Both the position numbers and the translations under genes were made by a program. Shown piece by piece: positions 30,885 to 39,335 of a DNA stretch of 59,550 nt. This stretch comes from Blastocatellia bacterium (lineage in GTDB: Bacteria > Acidobacteriota > Blastocatellia > RBC074): assembly GCA_044221525.1 (NCBI GenBank), contig JBGAPB010000004.1:1-59550 (forward strand), written 5' to 3'. The number at the start of each line of letters is the position of its first letter. Positions within the stretch are counted from its first letter, which is position 1. Under the pieces are notes generated by a model. That model made no database searches. It worked only from the letters and a program-made list of their open reading frames with translations, and was not told where the DNA came from.

Positions 30885-31620
30885 TGAAGTTCAACAGCCG
30901 CAAAGTAAAGCTGTCCATTTCAGCGGCAATGATTTTGATCTGGTTGACGTAATGGTTGAAACCCAACACTGCCGGGACAGCGGCGGCGATACCTGCGGCG
31001 GTGGCAACCAGAGCCTCGGCAATGCCGGGAGCGACTGCCTGAATTGAAGCCGTGGTCGCAGTCGTCAACCCTTGAAACGCGATGATGATTCCAACCACCG
31101 TTCCGAACAAACCGATGAACGGAGCCGCGCTGGCCGTCGAAGCCAGCCAGCCCATGCTTTTTTCAAGCTTGGTGGTTTCGTCAACCGCTTTGCTTTGCAT
31201 AGCGCGTTGAACTGCTTCCAGATTCAAACGGGACTGTTTTTTCAGTTCAGCATCGGCGGCAAAGAAAATCTCGGCCAATGGGTTTTCGCGCAAACCGACG
31301 CCGCCCGCATGCAGGTCAGCCCAACGATTGCTGTTGTTGAACAATTGCAGGAACTGCGCCGATTGTTGCATCGCCTGTTTCGTCACGCGAGCTTTTGTAA
31401 AGATGATTGCCCAGGAAGCGATGGAAAAACCCAGAAGAACCAGAAGCACGAACTTCGCAATCGGGCTTGCGCGAAAGATCAAATCAACCAGGCTGCTGTG
31501 TTGGGTTACTTGTTCCTGCCAGAACCAGAACGCGGGTTGAAATGCAGGCAAAATCTCGGAAACGATCAACAGAATTCTCCTGAAAGCGGGTTTAAGCAAA
31601 GCCGAAATGATCGGCGACAT
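30862..31620 (-). CDS. tolQ: Proton-channel protein TolQ/ExbB (MotA/TolQ/ExbB family)
   Basis: 252 aa with three TM segments and the C-terminal block APFIGLFGTVVGII...IAEALVATAAGI. Confidence 0.88.
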   Translation of the reverse strand: MSPIISALLKPAFRRILLIVSEILPAFQPAFWFWQEQVTQHSSLVDLIFRASPIAKFVLLVLLGFSIASWAIIFTKARVTKQAMQQSAQFLQLFNNSNRWADLHAGGVGLRENPLAEIFFAADAELKKQSRLNLEAVQRAMQSKAVDETTKLEKSMGWLASTASAAPFIGLFGTVVGIIIAFQGLTTATTASIQAVAPGIAEALVATAAGIAAAVPAVLGFNHYVNQIKIIAAEMDSFTLRLLNFIEREAEQ

Positions 31621-31850
31621 CGTCTAAGTTGCTGTCATGAATGTTTTTCCAGAGCGGCGAGCTATGCTAGCATGCGCCCATAATGGGTTCAAGAAAGCCC
31701 TTCTACACAGGGGCTTCGAGCCAAAATCGCTTTAGTTCAAAGACTCGAAATTCCTGTAACTGACACTCCGCCACCACTGCTGAATGGCAATCAACCCAGT
31801 GCGATAGGGTTGATTCAAGCCTCAATTTTGTCGCAAAGGAGAACCAATTT

Positions 31851-32318
31851 ATGAACCGGATGTTGAAAGTTACTTTAGCTCTCGGCGTAATCGGCTGTTT
31901 TGTTTTCTCTGTCCAAAGCGTCGAAGCAATGCGACCCAATACTGGGTCAACCCAAGCTAAATCAGATAAAGTTTTGCGTGAATTTCATGGCGTCAAGCTG
32001 GGAATGAAACGCGAAGCCGTCCAGACGGCGATGGCCACCAAACCGGAAGCCTCTTCCGAGGATAATGAAGATTACAAACTGACCGGCGATGACACCATGA
32101 CCGTGCATTATGAAAACGGCGAGGTCAAAGCCATCCAGCTTGCTTTTCAGGATGCCAAAAATGCTCCGGCCTGGAACGACGTCGTCGGCGACGCTGAAGT
32201 CAACGAACTCCCCAACGGAGCCAAAACTGCTCGGAAGACCGTGGAGCAGGAAAAATTCTGGGTTTCGATTTATAAAAACCAGGATGGCACTATTGTTCGC
32301 ATTACCATTAGCCGCTGA
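31851..32318 (+). CDS. Hypothetical secreted protein
   Basis: 155-aa ORF with RBS AAGGAG and signal peptide LALGVIGCFVFSVQSVEA. It is followed by a strong hairpin. Confidence 0.6.
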   Translation: MNRMLKVTLALGVIGCFVFSVQSVEAMRPNTGSTQAKSDKVLREFHGVKLGMKREAVQTAMATKPEASSEDNEDYKLTGDDTMTVHYENGEVKAIQLAFQDAKNAPAWNDVVGDAEVNELPNGAKTARKTVEQEKFWVSIYKNQDGTIVRITISR

Positions 32319-32325
32319 AAACGAC

Positions 32326-32370
32326 AAAGCCGCAACAAGGAAAGCTTACCTTGTTGCGGCTTTCGGTTTT
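32326..32370. terminator. Bidirectional rho-independent terminator between convergent genes
   Basis: aaagccgcaacaagg-aaagctta-ccttgttgcggcttt forms a 15-bp stem, followed by cggttttt. Confidence 0.75.
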
Positions 32371-32393
32371 TGTAATACCAGCTTGGCTTTATC

Positions 32394-32801
32394 TTAATTC
32401 CCTTTGCCAGCCAGTTGAATACGGATCATTGCGCGCTGCATTTTCAGTTCGGCCCGGCGGAAATCAATGTCATCGCCGCCGGACTTCAGCCTTTGTTCGG
32501 CTCTTTCGCGTGCGCGTTCGGCTCGTTCCAGGTCAATTTCTTCCGGTCGTTCTGCAACATCCGAAAGAACGGCAACGCCGTCCGCCTGAACTTCGGCAAA
32601 TCCACCGCTGACGTGCAACTGCTTGCTGCCGCTGCCTTGCCTATAAGTCAGAACGCCTGTCTTCAATTGCGAAATCAGAGCCGTGTGTTCGGGCAGAATG
32701 CCCAATTCGCCGTCCAGACCGGGCAGCACGACTTCGTCAACCGATTCGCGCAGCACCAATCGTTCTGGAGTGATTACTTCAAGATTGAGTTTGTCAGCCA
32801 T
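32394..32801 (-). CDS. atpC: F0F1 ATP synthase subunit epsilon
   Basis: N-terminus MADKLNLEVITPERLV from the ATG at 32801. It lies directly downstream of atpD. Confidence 0.88.
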   Translation of the reverse strand: MADKLNLEVITPERLVLRESVDEVVLPGLDGELGILPEHTALISQLKTGVLTYRQGSGSKQLHVSGGFAEVQADGVAVLSDVAERPEEIDLERAERARERAEQRLKSGGDDIDFRRAELKMQRAMIRIQLAGKGN

Positions 32802-32878
32802 AAGTACAGTTCGCTGTTGGCAGTTCACAGTAAAAGAAAGCATCAAGTTACTGCGAACCGTGAACTGCCAACTCTCCG

Positions 32879-34354
<1,476 letters not shown>

Positions 34355-34506
34355 TTAGGCGGCTGCACAGACGGTTGGCTTCAAGAAGAAAAGGATTTCA
34401 ACCTGCACAGTTTCGCCAGTCAAGTTTATGATTGCTCGATTAAAGGCGCGGAGTATACACATCCGATTGTGGTTTGCCAAATTGAGAGCGGGTTTGAAAA
34501 TACAGT

Positions 34507-34660
34507 CGCAGATATGCAGTACGGGGAGCGTCAGCGACCTGCGTATCTCTCTGCTCAGATCATCGAGATCAATAACCGCATCGCTCCATGGTCGCTCTCA
34601 GATATAGCCGTACACTCGTTCAGCCAAGCTCAGGTCGCTAACGCTCCCCGTACCGCATCA
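34507..34660. repeat. REP doublet (REPIN-like) copy A, 3' of the RAYT gene
   Basis: The inverted arms tgcagtacggggagcgtcagcgacctgcg (34515-34543) and caggtcgctaacgctccccgtaccgca (34631-34657) have an 87-nt spacer. Copy A is roughly 93% identical to copy B. Confidence 0.85.
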
Positions 34661-35182
34661 ATCGCCTAAATCAGGAATCAAATTGTCACCTTGATGATTG
34701 AGTACGTAATCGCAGGCGCGTTCAACCTGCGGTGATCTCCACAAATACCGCCTGCTGCCATGTTCAGCCCAAGGCGACAGCTTCCCTTTCCAAACTCCGC
34801 CAGAGCGCATGGCCTTCGTCGCATAAGCCTTGAAATCGTTGAGAATCTTTTCCGGTTTGCAAAAAGCCGAAACGACAACGTGAACGTGATTGGTGCGAAC
34901 ATTGATTGCTCGCAATTTCCATCCACGATGCTCACAAACCTCTCGAACAGCTTGATCAACAATCACGCGACGGGCCTCGTTAAGTTCAACCGGAGCCTGT
35001 TTCAACCGTCGCCGCTCTTCTTGCTCGCGTTGCTTGTCCGTCGGATAAAAAGGTGTGCCGTATGTATTGTAGAGGTTGTCTACTGATCCTCTTTCGTCGC
35101 CGTGAAGCCAGGTGCCGTAACAGCGGAAAGTGATCAGGTAAGCCAAGGGAATGCGACTCAGGCTGAATTCCTCATCAAACAT
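34658..35182 (-). CDS. IS200-like Y1 HUH transposase of the REP-associated (RAYT) type
   Basis: 174 aa from the ATG at 35182 (MFDEEF...). The HUH motif is NHVHVVVSA, with candidate Tyr residues in RRYLW and CDYVLNHQG. It is flanked on both sides by REP doublets, and its stop codon lies inside copy A. Confidence 0.8.
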   Translation of the reverse strand: MFDEEFSLSRIPLAYLITFRCYGTWLHGDERGSVDNLYNTYGTPFYPTDKQREQEERRRLKQAPVELNEARRVIVDQAVREVCEHRGWKLRAINVRTNHVHVVVSAFCKPEKILNDFKAYATKAMRSGGVWKGKLSPWAEHGSRRYLWRSPQVERACDYVLNHQGDNLIPDLGD

Positions 35183-35193
35183 CACTATCTCCA

Positions 35194-35349
35194 CGCAGAT
35201 AAATGCAGTACGGGGAGCGTCAGCGACCTGCGTCTCTCTCTGCTCAGATCATCGAGATCAATAACCCCACCGCTCGATGGTCGCTCTCAGATATAGCCGT
35301 ACACTCGCTCAGCCAGGCTCAGGTCGCTTACGCTCCCCGTACCGCATCA
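35194..35349. repeat. REP doublet (REPIN-like) copy B, 5' of the RAYT gene
   Basis: Arms at 35204-35232 and 35320-35346. This is a direct copy of 34507-34660. Its distal end supplies the TGA stop of the WD40 reading frame. Confidence 0.85.
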
Positions 35350-35683
35350 AGCGGTGTATTTGGCCAGCACTTCGGCGACGGCTTCGGGCGAGTAAAATTC
35401 CTTGACCAGAGATTCCGCCGGATAGTAAGTCAGTTCTTCCATCCCCGTGTAACCCAGATAGCGCATGCCTTCGGGGCTGGCGTCAAAGCGTCCATCCGGC
35501 AGCAAATCCAGCCACGCTCCCGGCCCAAAATAATATCGAAATAAAAACGTTTGGCACGTCGCCAGGTCCCAAAATTGCAGACGACCGGCCACGCCAACGC
35601 TGACCAGAGACTTACCACCCGGCGAAAACGCGACGCTGTAAACCGCCCCCATATTTCCAGTTAACGTCGCCAGCAATTTGCCG

Positions 35684-36061
35684 GATTTGACATCCCACAG
35701 CTTGACCGAGTTGTCATAACTTCCGCTCGCTACCATCTCGCCGTCTTCCCTAAACGCGACTGAACTGACTACGCTTGAGTGGCCGCTCAGCGTTCGAATC
35801 TCTTTGCCCGATTTGACATCCCACAGCTTGACCGATTTGTCATCACTTCCGCTCGCTACCATCTCGCCGTCTTCCCTAAACGCGACTGAACTGACTACGC
35901 TTGAGTGGCCGCTCAGCGTTCGAATCTCTTTGCCCGATTTGACATCCCACAGCTTGACCGAGTTGTCAGAACTTCCGCTCGCCAGCATCTCGCCGTCTTC
36001 CCTAAACGCGACTGAATTGACATAGCTTGAGTGGCCTTCCAAAACGCGAAGCAACACGCCA
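35684..36061 (-). repeat. Three tandem 126-nt (42-aa) WD40 repeat units, nearly identical at the nucleotide level
   Basis: The units start at 35684, 35810 and 35936. Units 1 and 2 differ at only a few positions. The encoded repeat is SGHSSVVSSVAFREDGEMVASGSxDxSVKLWDVKSGKEIRTL. Confidence 0.9.
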
Positions 36062-36776
36062 TCTTCGCTTCGGTACAGGTATATGTTTCCGTCAGCTCCG
36101 CCCGCGGCAACGATTGATCCATCTGGACTGTAACTGACCGCGTAAGCGGTAAAACCTGGGGCATACTGGACGATTGGCCGCAACTGTTTTGCGTCAATCA
36201 GGCCGGGCAGTGTTAAACCACGAACGTTATCGAGTTTGGCATTGAGGAAGCTTTCAGGGCTGGCATCTTTGGCGTTTCGGAAATTGCAACCGCTCAGGTC
36301 AGACTCTTTGAATGACATTCTGGCCAAAAAGGCTTCGGTAAAATCAGCATCAACGACAGAAGCATTTTCGGCGCTGGCATCATCCAGCCCAGCGAAATAA
36401 AAACGACCTGATCCAAAGTCGAATGGTTGAGCTTGGCGGCTTTCAGCTCGGCGCCCGTAAAATCCGCGCCAGTCAAATTCGCACATTCCAAAACGACTTC
36501 CTGCAATTTTGCTGCGACCAAATCTGCTCCGGCGGGAATACGACCGGCGAGCGCCGCTTTCAGCTTGGGCACATCGGAAATCTCTTCCTCCATTCCGCAG
36601 CGAATCCGCGCCGACCAGTACAACAACTGCAAAGCATTTTCCGAAACATTGGCTTGATACTTATTCCGCAGAATCTCCTGCAACGGCTCTCGCATCGCAT
36701 CGGCTTCATCAAGCTGAGCCAGAAAGAAGATCGTCTTCTGATCGTAACGGCGCGTGTTCAACACTTCGTGCAAAAC

Positions 36777-36862
36777 TGCGGTACGGGGAGCGTCAGCGAC
36801 CTGCGCCTCGCTCGATGTAAGTGCCGCAGACGACTCAGGTCGCTCACGCTCCCCGTACTGCA
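36777..36862. repeat. REP doublet copy C (short spacer, inverted orientation) embedded in the NACHT-WD40 reading frame
   Basis: The arms are tgcggtacggggagcgtcagcgacctgcg (36777-36805) and caggtcgctcacgctccccgtactgca (36836-36862). The element translates in frame as ...LQYGERERPESSAALTSSEAQVADAPRTAV... Confidence 0.85.
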
Positions 36863-37940
36863 ATGCGGCGGCGATCTTTTTCGCCACAAAGAATTCACCG
36901 AACGACCGATGCATAAACCCAAAATTGCCGTTGTCGTCGCGCTTCAGGAAGCTGGCTCCCCGCATCGCTGGCGATGTCGGCGATTTCTTCGTCGCCGATT
37001 TCTATCTTCTGATCGGCTACCAGCTTTTCAACAAACGGAACCAGTTCGCGGTAATGGACTGACTGCTTTTTCATCTCGCCACATCCGCCAAGCCAGTTCA
37101 ATCATCAACGCAAGTTTGGTGTTTCGGTCAAGATTGAATTTGCGGCCTTTCCCTTCTTCGCGATCAATCCAGATGTTGGTGTAAACGTTGTAAAGCTTGG
37201 CCGCGTTGACCTCTTCGCCTGGCTTCAGCTTCGGCAAGGTCTTGACGACCATATCCAGCAACAGCGGGCGCGTAGCCAAATCCTTCAGGTTGTAAATCTC
37301 CTGAATCTTTCGCCAGTCAGCGGCGTGGTCTTTTCGGCCGAGCTTTCCGCAGATAGCCTTGAATCTTTTTCGTCGTCGAATTCCTGCAGGAAAACGACTT
37401 CGGCGGTAGAGCGCTGGCGGAGTTCGCGGTAAAGGTCAGTTTCGGTTTCAGACAATCGCGGGCCTTCGCCGATGACTTTGACCTGTTCGGTGCGGTCTTT
37501 GAAGTAATGAGTGCGGCAGGTGAGTATGACTTTGCCCTGCAAGTCTGCGGCGCGGAAATTGTTCTGCGTGTCCTCCCAGCGAATGCGGTCGGCCATTTCG
37601 TCAAAGGCGTCGAAAAACAAAACGACTTTACCCAGCCGCACCAGATGTTCAAAACGAGTGAAGCTGATGTCGCGCAAACCTCGGCGGGCAAAGTGATTGA
37701 TGACAATGCCTTCCAGCGAAAATTCCTTGCGGACTTCTTTCAGCGGAATCAACACCGGAGCCGGGTGCCTGAGCGGATCATCACGAAAACTGCGCGCCAG
37801 GTTGTAAGCCAGAAAACTGGCCAGCGTAGTTTTGCCCGTCCCCAAATCACCAAGAATCACCAACTGATTTCGGCGCTCTTCGCCCAGCCATTTGCTCAGG
37901 TGTTCGAGCGCGGGCAACCGTTCGTAGGTGATGTCGGTCA

Positions 37941-38870
37941 TCAGATCAGGCCGGATGAACCAATCATCTCCGCCCATTTTTCCTCGGCGTGCTTTTCGTA
38001 TTCGGCAATCAAACCATCGGCGTAATTGTCCAGCGGCACCAGTTCGCGCAGTAGTTCAGGATAGGTGACGCAATCAATGCCGACTTCTTCCAGCGCGACT
38101 CGCGTGTCGGCGGCGAAGCCTTGCGACGAAACAGCTATCCAACGATGGCGAGGCAATTTTGTTTGCGCCAAGGCTTGTTGAGCCAGAATCTGATTTCGTC
38201 CGTCGGCAGTGATGCGCGTGTCCTTGCATTCGACAATAAACTCAACGTTTGCCCCGCCAAGTTTCTGCCGAATCATCAAATCAATCTGAACTCCGCTGAG
38301 TTCGGTGTCGGCTTTGACCTCAAATCCCAACAAGCGATACAGCGCGGCGACTTCATCTTCAAAGCGTTTGCCTTTGCGATAGCTGCGAGCGCCGCGTTCG
38401 GCCTTGGTCAGTTCGTGTTCGCGGAATTCAAATTCCTCGTGGTCGCGGGTCTGAAACTCTCTGCGAGGCAGGTCAATCGCTTCGATCAACTGGCGAAAGC
38501 GAAGCTCGAAATCATCCTCGTTTTGGAAATCAATAGCTTTGGCATTAACCAGCAGGCTGGGAACTTTGCATTCTCTTCGTTTCAGCGGTATCAGCCGACG
38601 CTCGCGATTCTCCGGGTCAGTGGCAACAACCGCCGCTAACTCCGAGCGCGGCCAGGGATTGGCAAAATAATCCTGCGACATCACGATGGCGACTTTGCGG
38701 CTAACATCCAACGCATCCATAACTTGAAGTGTTATGTTTTCGGTATCTTTGATTGTTTCGTGAGCGAAGAAGACCTTTACGCCAGCACTATTCAACCGAC
38801 GATAAAGTCGCTCTGCCCAAATGCGGTCGGCTTCGGTATAGCTGATGAATAGATCAAACTGTTCAGACAT
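37941..38870 (-). CDS. TIR domain + Mrr-like PD-(D/E)xK restriction-endonuclease domain protein
   Basis: 309 aa. The TIR blocks are DLFISYTEADRIWAERLYRRL, VAIVMSQDYFANPWPRSELAAV and LIPLKRRECKVP. The nuclease block is GKRFEDEVAALYRLLGFEV...VQIDLMI...VEFIVECKD. The ORF overlaps the NACHT ORF by 37 nt. Confidence 0.8.
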   Translation of the reverse strand: MSEQFDLFISYTEADRIWAERLYRRLNSAGVKVFFAHETIKDTENITLQVMDALDVSRKVAIVMSQDYFANPWPRSELAAVVATDPENRERRLIPLKRRECKVPSLLVNAKAIDFQNEDDFELRFRQLIEAIDLPRREFQTRDHEEFEFREHELTKAERGARSYRKGKRFEDEVAALYRLLGFEVKADTELSGVQIDLMIRQKLGGANVEFIVECKDTRITADGRNQILAQQALAQTKLPRHRWIAVSSQGFAADTRVALEEVGIDCVTYPELLRELVPLDNYADGLIAEYEKHAEEKWAEMIGSSGLI

Positions 38871-38965
38871 AAGACGTGCCTTAGGAAAATTGATTGAAAC
38901 GATTAAGGGCTTTGGACTGCGAGCGGCAAATTACCATCAAGCTCCGGCTTGGCCAAGCGAACTGG

Positions 38966-39245
38966 GTACGCAGACCATGGGTTTCTGCACAAGTTTTTGC
39001 GCCGGAGGCGCAGCGGAAATTAGCCGGTGGTGAAGGCTTTGCGTAACCACCGGAAATGACGGCAAAAGACCAGCAAGCCCTGAAAGGGCGACAGACGGGG
39101 CTTGGTCCTTCGCCCTTTCAGGGCTGGCACCCCAACTTAACTTTATCCCGGTGGTTACGCTGCGCTCACCACCGGCTAATTTCCGCCATCCTTTCAGGAT
39201 GAAAACGGGTCGCCCAACTTGTGCATAAACCTATGGCGTGCGTAC
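38966..39245. repeat. 280-nt composite (nested) palindrome, MITE-like or a long rod-shaped RNA
   Basis: Four paired blocks are present. They are 38966-38995 with 39216-39245 (26/30), 39013-39033 with 39166-39186 (21/21), 39041-39053 with 39148-39160 (13/13), and 39077-39091 with 39110-39124 (15/15). The apical loop is 18 nt. Confidence 0.8.
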
Positions 39246-39335
39246 ACAGCTTTCGTGACAAGACAGAATCGGTTCATTACAATCCAAGCTTCTCATCCGC
39301 AGGACTTTTCAATTTCCCAATCAGGAGAGCAATAA

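Larger units (their letters stand above)
34507..35349 (-). mobile_element. REP - RAYT - REP unit
   Basis: A Y1 transposase gene is bracketed by two directly repeated roughly 155-nt REP doublets. A third doublet lies 1.4 kb away, at 36777-36862. Confidence 0.7.
35347..37977 (-). pseudogene. NACHT (STAND NTPase) - helical - pentapeptide repeat - WD40 protein (bacterial NLR-like). As sequenced, the reading frame is interrupted five times.
   Basis: The fragments are 37285-37977 (GDLGTGKTT, VVLFFDAFDEM, KVILTCRTHYF), 37028-37279 (ATRPLLLDMVV...), 36895-37101, 36294-36965 (FGFMHRSFGEFFVA, ANLTGADFTGAELKAAKL) and 35347-36486 (pentapeptide repeats plus GHSSxVxSVAF...SVKLWD WD40 repeats). The frame changes map to runs at 37366-37370, 37331-37334, 37067-37071, 36958-36961 and 36399-36403. 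Confidence 0.8.

Noticed and set aside
30420-31620. MotA/ExbB- and ExbD-like pair, considered as a Zorya-type (ZorAB) defence module
   Set aside because: The proteins are of normal TolQ/TolR size. They are followed in order by tolA, tolB, pal and ybgF, which is the canonical Tol-Pal operon.
32286-32300. TGGCAC-N5-TTCG sigma-54-like match
   Set aside because: It lies inside the 3' end of the CDS 31851-32318 and has no downstream gene on that strand before a terminator.
34469-34669. Small ORFs reading through the REP doublets (34469-34669 and 35203-35544, both starting MQYGERQRPA...)
   Set aside because: Their similarity is explained by the DNA repeat itself. They have no RBS, and the second overlaps the 3' end of the WD40 frame on the opposite strand.
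35684-36061. Regular 126-nt tandem repetition, checked as a possible CRISPR or satellite array
   Set aside because: There are no unique spacers. The period equals one 42-aa WD40 blade, and the units are in frame within a coding region.
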